Of a stretch of 64,000 bases of DNA, positions 26,340 to 37,754 are shown in pieces. The DNA is from Mobula hypostoma. Lineage: Eukaryota. The translations under genes and the position numbers were made by a program. The stretch is taken from contig NC_086108.1 in assembly GCF_963921235.1 (NCBI RefSeq), forward strand, positions 7,874,001 through 7,938,000, in the 5' to 3' direction. The notes below the pieces were generated by a model that searched no databases, was not told where the DNA came from, and was given only the letters and a program-made list of their open reading frames with translations. Numbering within the stretch: position 1 is the first letter of the stretch; every line of letters begins with the position of its first letter.

Positions 26340-26515
26340 ACTTTCCTTGATCTTGGCATCAGTTATTCTGACTTGAATTATGAATTAAATAACAAAAATA
26401 GGCAATTTTTAAAAAATGGGTGCATCATAGGGAAATTTCATGGTGATTTTCAACATAAAATCCATAAGATACACCCAAAAGTATTCAGGAAGCAAAATTT
26501 TTGTTGTCCACTGTA
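26340..26515 (+). mobile_element. DNA transposon terminal fragment, possibly Chapaev3-like
   Basis: Inverted homologue at 46318-46500. Terminus CAGGAAGCAAAA...TTGTCCA(C/G)TG. Family assignment is from memory. Confidence 0.5.
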
Positions 26516-27300
26516 ACGAGTATGTACGTGATTATATAAAAATAGAAACAAGCATAGGAAAGTTAAACAACAAGAAAAATATCAATACTTCACCTAAATC
26601 TAACGAGGGGTTGGATGGGTGAGGGGGAAAACGAAGAGAAGAGGAGCACGACTGGGAACATGGAGTAATGGAGCTCGTTTTGGTTCTGGGAGCCACTCAT
26701 GTCTGATGTGACAGAAAGTGGTGCCATGGACTGAAAGCATTCCAGAAAAAATGTTTATCAAAAGAAATGAGATAACATTGGAATGCAGGAATGTACAAGT
26801 GTGCAAACTAAAATCTGGAATATCAGATAAAGCTCCAGAGAACTTTGTGTGGTGATGGATGCAATATCATTGTTTTCCAGAACTGATTACAATAAACACT
26901 TTAGTAATACTAATATACACTCAGAGAGATTATTAACTATTGTTAAAGACTTTTTCCCTCAAATAATTTATAAACAGTATGGCTGAAAGACTTGATCAAT
27001 TTATTTTTCATTTATTGATTAATTTTATTTTAATCAAAGGCCAAAATAAATTTATTTTCTCAGTACGTTCGGTAAATATCACTATATACTACAGTGAGAT
27101 TTGTTCTCTCACAGGTATTCACAGTAGGGCAAAGAAACACAATAGAATCAATGCAAATCTACACACGAACAAACAGTCAGTGTGCAAAAGAAGACAAACT
27201 AGTTAAATAACAATACTAATAGTAGATAAATAAATAATAACAAGAACAAGAGTTGTAGACTGCTTGAAAGTGAGTTTGTAGGTTGAGGGATCAGTTCGGA

Positions 27301-27727
27301 GTTGTGCTGAGTAAAGTTATCCACACTGGTTCAGGAGCCTGATGGTTGTGGGGTGATAACTGTTCCTGAACCTGGTGGTGTGGGACCTGAGGCTCATTGT
27401 GGTGAGTGAAGTTATCCACACTGGTTCAGGAGCCTGATGGTTGTGGGGTGATAACTGTTCCTGAACCTGGTGGTGTGGGACCTGAGGCTCATTGTGGTGA
27501 GTGAAGTTATCCACACTGGTTCAGGAGCCTGATGATTGAGGGGTGATAACTGTTCCTGAACCTGGTGGTGTGGGACCTGAGGCTCATTGTGGTGAGTGAA
27601 GTTATCCACACTGGTTCAGGAGCCTGATGGTTGTAGGGTAATAACTGTTCCTGAACCTGGTGGTGTGGGACCTGAGGCTCAGTGTGGTGAGTGAAGTTAT
27701 CCACACTGGTTCAGGAGCCTGATGGTT
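27301..27727. repeat. 95-bp tandem repeat (~4.4 units) derived from an L2/Rex 3' end
   Basis: GTTATCCACACTGGTTCAGGAGCCTGATG recurs at 27316, 27411, 27506, 27601 and 27696. Confidence 0.95.
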
Positions 27728-28204
27728 CTTCTTAAGCCCATCACGCCCACTAGGGCATAGGCCACCGACAGTAGCTCACCAGAGTCCTCCGTCCTGGGCC
27801 AGTAAAAGATTGGTTGGCCCTGTGGCTTCCACTTTCACCACATGACTTCATACATCTTCTAGATGAAGATCCTTCCTCTCCCGGGTATAAGGTCTTTGGA
27901 AATTTTTTTGACATTACTGTACCTCTTGTTTTTTTTTAAAGGATGGGGTTCCTAGCCTCATACCCAACCCTCCTTCTTATGCATCCAGGCTTGAGACTAT
28001 CCATGGCAAACTTAAGTTGATGGTTGACGGGTTAATAACTATTCCTGCACCTGGTGGTGTGGGACCCAAAGCTTCCTTACTTCCTTCCCAATGCAGCAGG
28101 GATAGGACAGCATGGCTTGGATAGTAAGGGCCCTCACCATCCAAGACATGCCCTCTCCCCATTTCTACCATCAGGGAGAAGATACAGAGGCTTTGCAATA
28201 TACT

Positions 28205-28800
28205 GTAGGGTTCAATGTAATCCTCCCCACCCACCCCCACCATTCTTCTAAACTCCAGCAAGTACAGTTCCAGAGTCATCAAACGCTCCTCACTGATTAG
28301 CCCTATCATCCCTGGGATTATTCTTGTAAACTACCTCTGGCACCTCTCCTGTCTTAGATAAGGCATCCAAAACTGCTCACAATACTCAAAGTGCAGTGTT
28401 ACCAATGCCTTTTAAAGCCTCAACATTACATCCTTGCCTTTATATTCTAGCCCTCTTGAAATGAATACTAACATCGCATTTGCTTTATTTACCACCAATT
28501 CAATCTGCAAGTTAACCTTCAGGGAATCCTGCACAAGGACTCCTAAGTCCCGTTGCACCTCCGATTTCTGAATTTGCTCCTCGGTTAGAAAATAGTCTAT
28601 ACATATATTCCTTCTGCCAAAATGCATGGCCATTGACGACATTCCACTTCTTTGCCGATTCTCCTCATCTGACCAAGTCCTTCTGCAGACTCCCTACTTT
28701 CTTAACTCTATCTACCTCTCTGCATATCTTCATTTCATCTGCAAACTTGGCCACAAAGCCATCAATTTCATCATCCAAATCACTGACCTATAATATTTTG
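28205..28800 (-). mobile_element. CR1 RT fragment, degenerate
   Basis: QRDLGVLVQDSLK and KANAMLVFISRGLEYK motifs. Confidence 0.85.
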
Positions 28801-29160
28801 TCCTGGTGCCTGCCGTTCTCACTGGTAGACTTTCTCCATGTCAAAGATGCTGTCGGAGTGTCTTAGCTGAGTATCACCGTTTGCCAGTAGTGGGAGAGGG
28901 AAGGGTTTAGGTACTGCAGCATAATCACTATTCCAGTGTCACTGACCCGTGTCCACTTCTACCACTCTCTGCAAAGAGTATATCCCCCGTGAATCTGTGG
29001 CTTTCTTCCAGGTACACTTGTTTCTGAATCATATTTAATAACTCCGGCATATTGTACGTTGTGAAATTTGTGGTTTTGCGTAATGCAATACATCATAAAA
29101 AACTATACATTACAATAGAAATTTTATATATAGAAAAATTAAATAAATAGTGCAAAAGTA

Positions 29161-31070
29161 AACATCTTCCCTTATATTATAAATTTCCATTTAAATTGAT
29201 TAATAATTACCTTTCATATCTTGGGATTAAAATTACTTGTAAACATAAAGATTTATTTAAGACTAACTTTTTACCATTAATAGACCATATTACTCAACTT
29301 TCATCTAAATGGTTTCCCTTATATTTAACTTTGATTGGTCGTATTAATGCAGTTAAGATGTTTTTTTTGCCAAAATTTTTATATGTGTTTCAGGCATTAC
29401 CAATTTTCGTTCCTAAATCTTTTTTTGATAAAGTCGACTCTAAAATTTCTTCATTTATTTGGCAGAATAAGAATCCGAGACTGGGTAAAATACATTTACA
29501 GAAAGCTAAGAGAGATGGAGGTTTAGCATTACCTAACTTTAGATTTTATTATTGGGCTATTAATATTCGACATATGAAATTTTGGTTACTTGACCGGGAT
29601 ATACTATCTATTCCTAAATGGGTAGCATTGGAATTACAATCTGTTCAGGGTTATACACTTGGTTCTATTTTAGGTTCATCTCTTCCTTTTGATTCGAAAC
29701 GCCTTAAGCAGGTCTCTAACCCGATCGTTAAATATGCTTTGCGTATTTGGTTTCAATTCAGAAAATTTTTTGATCTTAATCAATTCGGGTTAGCGATTCC
29801 TATTTTAGGTAACATATTTTTTCCTCCCTCTTTTACGGATCGCGCTTTTCAAACTTGGAAGACTAAGGGTATTTTACGGTTTTTGGATTTATTTTTAGAT
29901 GGTTCCCTTATGTCTTTTGAACAATTATCTAATAAATATAACTTATCAAGAATACATTTTTTTAGATATTTACAAGTTAGAAATTTCCTAAGTACTATAC
30001 TTTCTTCCTTTCCAATGCTTCCTCCTATATATATTTTAGATTCGATAATTAACCTTAATCCATGTCAGAAAGGTGCATCGGCTATGATTTATAATATTAT
30101 TATGAAACTTAGGAAAGCTCCATTTGATAAGATTAGGGTAGATTGGGAACAGGAATTGGGGCTTATCATTTCTGTGGATGATTGGGGGCAGATTTTACAA
30201 TTAGTTAATACTTCCTCTATTTGTGCTAAACATTCCCTAATTCAATTTAAAGTGGTTCATAGAGCACATATGTCCAAAGATAAGTTAGCGCGTTTTTACA
30301 TGCATATTAATCCTTTCTGTGATAGATGTTCGGGGCAGATAGCCTCTTTAACTCATATGTTTTGGTCTTGCCCTACTTTGGAAACTTTTTGGAGAGATAT
30401 TTTCAATATTATTTCTAAGGTATTAAATATAGATATCTCTCCTCACCCTATTACTGCTATCTTTGGACTACCTAAAATTTCTAGTAATCTTTCCCCTTCA
30501 GCCCGTAGAATGATTGCATTTCTTACTTTGATGGCGAAAAGATGTATTTTACAACATTGGAAAGAGCTTAATGCTCCAACTACCTTTTTTTGGTTTTCTC
30601 AGACGATTTTATGTTTGAATCTGGAGAAAATTAGAAGTAACCTTTATGATTCTTCATTTAAATTTGAACAGATTTGGGGACCTTTTATTCGATATTTTCA
30701 TTTAATGTAATATTTACCCTTCTTGTTTTTTTTCACTGTTTTAATGGAGGTCGGGATTGAGGACGTGATTTTAAGTTTAACTCTGTTTGGTTTCAAGTTA
30801 GCCCATTGCTTTGCTTTGCTTTTAGTTAGTTGCACGGTGGGTTTTTTTTGGGGGTTTTTTTTTTCTTTTTTTCCATTGATATATATAAAATCTAGTATAC
30901 TATTATGTTATCTTGGTTTCTTATGCTTAAATTACATTGTTTGTAGTATTTTCTTTTTGGTATTGTTATCTTTTGGAATTTTATTATACTTTAACATTGT
31001 ATTAATGTTTATATGGCTTACCTTTTTTGTATACTTACTCAATAAAAAGATTTAAAAAGAAAAAGAAAAG
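29161..31070 (+). mobile_element. Young 5'-truncated L1/Tx1-type LINE with poly(A)-like tail and 16-bp TSD
   Basis: TSD AAATAGTGCAAAAGTA at 29145-29160 and 31071-31086, AATAAA plus A-rich tail, T-rich 3' UTR. Confidence 0.93.
29196..30710 (+). pseudogene. C-terminal half of L1-type ORF2 (RT end to CCHC zinc knuckle), uninterrupted but 5'-truncated
   Basis: YLGI, GRINAVKM..LPKFLY, GGLALPNF..YYWA and CDRC...HMFWSC motifs over 504 open codons. Confidence 0.9.
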
Positions 31071-31989
31071 AAATAGTGCAAAAGTAGAGAGAAAAAGTAG
31101 TGAGGTAGTGTTCATGGGTTCAATGTCCATTCAGAAATCTGATGGCAGAGGGGAAGAATCTGTTCCTGAATCGCTGAGTGTGTGTCTTCAGGCTCCTGTA
31201 CCTCCTCCCTGATGGTAGCAATGAGAAGAGGGCATGTCCTGGGTGATGGGGGTCTTTAATGATGGAAGCCATCTTTTTGAGTTGTTGCTCCTTGAAGGTG
31301 TCCTGCTTACTATAGACATATGGTTAAGGTTAACAAGTTGTGGGCATTCGACGTTGCTGCAGGAAGCATGCAGACATTTGTGTTCTGACCACAGCACAAG
31401 CCTCACCAATTTGATTTGACACAGACAATGCATTTCATGGAATATTTTGATGTACATGTGATAAATAAAGCTAATCTTTAGCTTTATCTTAGGGTAGGAC
31501 ATTGATGCCAGTAATCCAACCTATCCAGGAACGTGAGGAGTATTCCATCACACTCTTGACTTGTGCCTTGTGAATGATGGAATGGTTTTGTGGTTACATT
31601 ACTGGATGGGAAATCTAGAGAATGGTTCAAAGGTTCCAGGTACATTGATTATCATAATATGTATGCAACGTACAACTGAAATTAATCTTCTCCAGACAGC
31701 CGCAAAACAAAGAAAACCATGGTAGTTGCTCAAAGAAAAACAACTAACCCCCCCGCCCCACACAAAAAAATCAGATCTCGCAATCACAGCAAACAGCAAC
31801 AAGGATATTAAACCCAAAACCCCCCACCCCCAGCCCCTCCTTCAGACAAAAACATAAGGAATTTCGGCAAACGGCAACACATAAACTGAAAGAGGCCAAT
31901 TTGAACTATAACCTGAGACAATCTGAGGAGAAGAATTCAAATCCCACACAGTTGCAAGGACACTTAGAAGTGGCAGTAGTAGATGGAGA

Positions 31990-32711
31990 AAACATTCAGT
32001 GCAACACAGACCCGTCGGCTCACAACTTTTAACCTTCTCGAAAATCATTCCCTCCCACACACCCCTCCGTTTTTCTTTCATCCGTGTGCCTATCTAACAG
32101 TCTCTCAAATATCCATAATGTATCTGCCACTACCATCACCTCCGGCAGCGCATTCCACACACCCACCACACTCTGTGTGAAAAGAAACTACCTCTGACAT
32201 CCACCATATATTCTCCTCCAATCACCTTAAAACTATGCTCCCTCAGATTATTCCCAGAGAGGAAATGGCCCAGGAAAAAGTCTCAGGCTGTTCACTTGAT
32301 CTATGCCTCCTATCATCCTGTACGTCTCCATCAAGTCATCTCTCACCTCCTTTGCTCCAAAGGGAGAAGCCCTACCTTACTCAACTTATCCTCATAAGAC
32401 ATGCTCTCCAATCCAGGCAGCATCCTGGTAAATCTCCTCTGCACCTTCTCTAAAGCTTCCACATCCTTCCTATAAAGAGGCGACCAGAACTGAACACAAT
32501 ATTCCAACAGTGGTCCTACCAGGGTTTTATAGAGCTGCAACATTATCTCGCAGATCTTGAAGTAAATCCGCTGAATAATGAAGGCCAACAGACCACAGTC
32601 CTTATTCACCAGCCTATCAACTTGTGGAACATGAGGTACATCTGTTCCTCCAGACTGTTAAGCATCCTGCCATTAACCCTTTACTTTTCCTTCACGTTTG
32701 ACCTTCTAAAG
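31990..32711 (-). mobile_element. Old CR1 3' fragment, continuing after 37642
   Basis: LEYCVQFWSP.YRKDVEALEKVQRRFTRMLPG motif. Confidence 0.85.
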
Positions 32712-33985
32712 CAGGGGATCCAGCCTGGGTCCGCAGACCCCTCAGTTAATGACAATAGATAATAGGTGCAGGAACAGGCCATTCAGCCCTTTGAGCCAGC
32801 ACCACCATTCACTGTGATCATGGCTGATCATCCACAATCAGTATCCAGTTCCTGCCTTATCCCCATAACCTTTGATTCCACTATCTTTAAGAGCTCTATC
32901 CATCTCTTTCTTGAAAGCATCCAGAGACTTGGCCTCCACAGCCTTCTGGGGCAGAGCATTCCATATATCCACCACTCTCTGGGTGAAAAAGTTTTTTCTC
33001 AACTCCGTTCTAAATGGTCTACCCCTTATTCTTAAACTGTGGCCTCTGATTCTGGACTCACCCATCAGCGGGAACATGTTTCCTGCCTCTAGCGTGTCCA
33101 ATCCCTTAATAATCTTATATGTTTCAATAAGATCCCCTCTCAGCCTTCTAAATTCCAGAGTATACAAGCCCAGTCGCTCCAATCTTTCAACATGTGACAG
33201 TCCCACCATCCCGGGAATTAACCTTGTGAACCTACGCTGCACTCCCTCAATAACAAGAATGTCCTTCCTCAAATTTGGAGACCAAAACTGCACACAGTAC
33301 TCCAGGTGTGGTCTCACCAGGGCCCTGCACAACTGCAGAAGGACCTCTTTGCTCTTATACTCAATTCCCCTTGTTATGAAGGCCAGCATGCCATTAGCTT
33401 TCTTCACTGCCTGCTGTACTTGCATGCTTGCTTTCAGTGACTGATGTACAAGAACACCTAGATCTCGTTGTGCTCCCCCTTTTCCTAACTTAACTCCATT
33501 TAGATAATAATCTGCCTCCCCGTTCTGACCACCAAAGTGGATAACCTCACATTTATCCACAATAAACTGTATCTGCCATGCATCTGCCCACTCACCCAGC
33601 CTGTCCAAGTCACCCTGCATTCTCATAACATCCTCCTCACATTTCACACTGCCACCCAGCTTCGTGTCATCGGCAAATTTGCTAATGTTACTTTTAATTC
33701 CCTCATCTAAATCGTTAATATATATTGTAAACAGCTGCGGTCCCAGCACTGAACCCTGTGGTACCCCACTGGTCACCGCCTGCCATTCCGAAAGGGACCC
33801 GTTAATCGCTACTCTTTGTTTTCTGTCAGCCAGCCAATTTTCAATCCATGTCAGTACTCTGCCCCCAATACCATGTGCCCTAATTTTGCCCACTAATATC
33901 CTATGTGGGACTTTATCAAAGGCTTTCTGAAAGTCCAGGTACACTACATCCACTGGCTCTCCCTTGTCCATTTTCATAGTTACAT

Positions 33986-35475
33986 AGAAAACATAGAAAA
34001 TAGGTGCAGGAGTAGGACATTCGGCCCTTCGAGCCTGCACCACCATTCAGTATGATCATGGCTAATCATCCAACTCAGAACCCTGCACCAGCCTTCCCTC
34101 CATACCCCCTGATCCCTTTAGCCACAAGGGCCATATCTAACTCCCTCTTAAATATAGCCAATGAACTGACCTCAACAGTTTCCTGTGGCAGAGAATTCCA
34201 CAGATTCACCTCTCTCTGTGTGAAGATGTTTTTCCTAATCTCGGTCCTAAAAGGCTTACCCTTTATCCTGAAACTGTGACCCCTCGTTCTGGACTTCCCC
34301 AACATCGAGAACAATCTTCCTGCATCTAGCCTGTCCAATCCCTTTAGGATTTTATACGTTTCAATCAGATCCCCCCTCAATCTTCTAAATTCCAACGAGT
34401 ATAAGCCTAGTTCATCCAATCTTTCATCATATGAAAGTCCTGCCATCCCAGGAATCAATCTGGTGAACCTTCTTTGTACTCCCTCTATGGCAAGGATGTC
34501 TTTCCTCAGATTAGGGGACCAAAACTGCACACAATACTCCAGGTGTGGTCTCACCAAGGCCCTGTACAACTGCAGTAGTACCTCCCTGCTCCTGTACTTG
34601 AATCCTCTCGCTATAAATGCCAGCATACCATTCGCCTTTTTCACCGCCTGCTGTACCTGCATGCCCACTTTCAATGACTGGTGTATAATGACACCCAGGT
34701 CTCGTTGCACCTCCCCTTTTCCTAATCGGCCACCATTCAGATAATAATCTGTTTTCCTGTTTTTGCCACCAAAGTGGATAACTTCACATTTATCCACATT
34801 AAATTGCATCTGCCATGAATTTGCCCACTCACCCAACCTATCCAAGTCACCCTGCATCCTCTTAGCATCCTCCTCACAGCTGACACTGCTGCCCAGCTTC
34901 GTGTCATCCGCAAACTTGGAGATGCTGCATTTAATTCCCTCATTCAAGTCATTAGTATATATTGTAAACAACTGGGGTCCCAACACTGAGCCTTGCGGTA
35001 CCCCACTAGTCACTGCCTGCCATTCTGAAAAGGTCTGGTTTATTCCCACTCTTTGCTTCCTGTCTGCTAACCAATTCTCTATCCACATCAATACCTTACC
35101 CCCAATACTGTGTGCTTTAAGTTTGCACACTAATCTCCTGTGTGGGACCTTGTCAAAAGCCTTTTGAAAATCCAAATATACCACATCCACTGGTTCTCCC
35201 CTATCCACTCTACTAGTTACATCCTCAAAAATTTCTATGAGATTTGTCAGACATGATATTCCTTTCACAAATCCACGCTGACTTTGTCCGATGATTTCAC
35301 CGCTTTCCAAATGTGCTGTTATCACATCTTTGATAACTGACTCTAGCAGTTTCCCCACCACCGACGTTAGGCTAACCGGTCTATAATTACCCGGTTTCTC
35401 TCTCCCTCCTTTTTTAAAAAGTGGGGTTACATTAGCCACCCTCCAATCCTCAAGAACTAGTCCAGAATCTAAAGA
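33986..35475 (-). mobile_element. Young CR1 subfamily B nested in subfamily A, RT ORF open
   Basis: Splits host FFED|VTMKMDKG. Own 3' UTR and TTTCTATG tail. FADD is intact. Confidence 0.95.
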
Positions 35476-37311
35476 ATCCTCAAAAAATTCCAGAAGGTTA
35501 GTCAAGCACGATTTCCCCTTCGTAAGTCCATGCTGACTCGGATCGATTCTGTTACTGCTATCCAGATGTGTCTTAATTTCATCTTTTATAATTGACTCCA
35601 GCATCTTTCCCACCACCGATGTCAGGCTAACGGTCTATAATTCCCTGTTTTCTCTCTTCCTCCCTTCTTGAAGAGAGGGACAACATTAGCCACCCTCCAA
35701 TCCACAGGAACTGATACTGAATCTATAGAACATTGGAAAATGATTACCAATGCATCCACGATTTCTAAAGCCACCTCCTTAAGTACCCTGGGATGCAGAC
35801 CATCAGGTCCTGGGGACTTATCAGCCTTCAGACCCAACAGTCTATCCAACACCATTTCCTGCCTAATATAAATTTCCTTCAATTCATCCATTACCCTAGG
35901 TCCTTTGGCCACTATTACATCTGGGAGATTATTTGTGTCTTCCCTAGTGAAGACAGATCCAAAGTACCTGTTCAACTCGTCTGCCATTTCCTTGTTCCCC
36001 ATAATAAATTCACCTGCTTCCATCTTCAAGGGTCCAATTTTGGTCTTAACTATTTTTTTCTTTTTCACATACCTAAAGAAGCTTTTACTATCCTCCTTTA
36101 TATTCTTGGATAGTTTACCTTTGTACCTCATTTTTCTCCGCGTATTGACTTTTTAGTTACCTTCTGTTGCTCTTTAAAAGTTTCCCAATCCTCCGGCTTC
36201 CCACTTGTCTTTGCTATGTTATACTTCTCTTTTATTTTTATACTGTCCATTACTTCCCTTGTCAGCCACGGCCTCCCCTTACTCCCCTTAGGATCTTTCT
36301 TCCTCTTTGGAATGAACTGATCCTGCACCTTCCGCATTATTCCCAGAAACACTTGCCATTGCTGTTCCACTGTCATCCCTGCTAGGGTATTGTTCCATTG
36401 AACTTTGGCCAGCTCCTCCCTCATAGAACCATAGTTCCCTTTGTTCAACTGTAATACTGACACTTCTGAGTTTCCCTTCTCCCTCTCAAATTGTAGATTA
36501 AAATTTATCATATTATGGTCACTACCTCCTCATGGCTCCTTTACTTCGAGGTCCCTGATCAAATCCGGTTCATTACACAACACTAAATCTAGAATTGCGT
36601 TCTCTCTGATAGGCTCCAGTACAAGCTGTTCTAAGAATCCATCTCGGAGGGACTCCACAAACTCCCTTTCTTGGGGTCCAGTACCAACCTGATTCCTCCA
36701 GTCTACCTGCATGTTGAAATCCCCCATAACAACTGTAGCATTACCTTTGCTACATGTCAATTTTAACTCTTGATTCAACCTACACCCTACATCCAGACTA
36801 CTGTTTGGGGGCCTGTAGATAACTCCCATTAGGGTCTTTCTACCCTTAGAATTGCTCAGTTCTATCCATACTGACTCTACGTCTCCTGATTCTATGTCCC
36901 CCCTCGCAAGGGACTGAATATCATTCCTCACCAACAGAGCCACTCCACCCCCTCTGCCCATCAGTCTGTCCTTTCGATAGGACGTATACCCTTGAATATT
37001 CATTTCCCAGGCCCTGTCCACTTGAAGCCATGTCTCTGTTATTCCCACAACATCATACTTACCAATTTCCAACTGTGCCCCAAGCTCATCCACTTTATTT
37101 CTTATACTCCGTGCATTCATATACAGTACTTTTAATTCATTACTCCCCTCACCTCCCATATCAATTCCTATTTCACTTGGCCATACTGTACGATCCCCTC
37201 TTGAGCTTTCTGCTCTGTTGATTCTGCCGTCTTTCTTAACTTTTCTTATTCTCACTTTCCCTTTATCTCCATCCTTATGTTTCCAGTTCGTCCCCTCCCC
37301 CCCACTACTTA

Positions 37312-37318
37312 GTTTAAA
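37312..37318 (-). other. Candidate -1 ribosomal frameshift heptamer U-UUA-AAC at the CR1 ORF1/ORF2 junction
   Basis: ORF1 reads TGT TTA AAC TAA and ORF2 reads TTT AAA CTA in the -1 frame. A G-run starts 8 nt downstream. Confidence 0.5.
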
Positions 37319-37754
37319 CACACCCGTGTTGCAGAGGCAAACCTGCCTGCCAGAATGCTGGTGCCCCGCTTATTAAGGTGCAACCCGTCCCTTTTGTACA
37401 ATTCATCCTTACCCCGAAACATACCCCAGTGGTCCAAGAATGTAAATCCTTGCTTCCTGCACCAGTTCCTCAGCCACACATTCAGATCCATTATCTCCCT
37501 GTTCGTGACCACTCCAGCACGGGGAACTGGAAGCAAACCGGAGATAACCACCCTGGAAGTCCTGCTTTTCAGCCTGCTTCCGAGTTCTCTGAAGTCACGC
37601 TGTGACTGCGACCCATGACATGATAAAGGTTGGGAACCCTCTTCTGAAGTGAATCAATTCACTCTTTCCTGGATAATGCAGCTGACTTTCAACTTCCCTC
37701 GCTGACAATGGGAACTTGTCAGTATGCAAACAACAGCGGATCCAGGATGCAAAA

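Larger units (their letters stand above)
32752..37600 (-). mobile_element. Young CR1 (subfamily A, CTATTGT tail): ORF1 C-terminus, EN and RT, interrupted by a subfamily B copy
   Basis: ORF1 end DGLHLN (37309-37551), EN YMNARS/ITETW/GDFN (36530-37321), RT 3' part open (32838-33985). A few frameshifts. Confidence 0.96.
32712..37641. mobile_element. ~80-bp hAT-Charlie-type MITE split by a CR1 stack (halves 32712-32751 and ~37610-37641)
   Basis: CAGGGG... and ...GGTTGGGAACCCT termini, 8-bp TSD TTCTAAAG/TTCTGAAG. Confidence 0.7.

Noticed and set aside
27301..27727. CRISPR-like regular repeat
   Set aside because: The units are contiguous with no unique spacers, the context is eukaryotic, and there are no cas genes.
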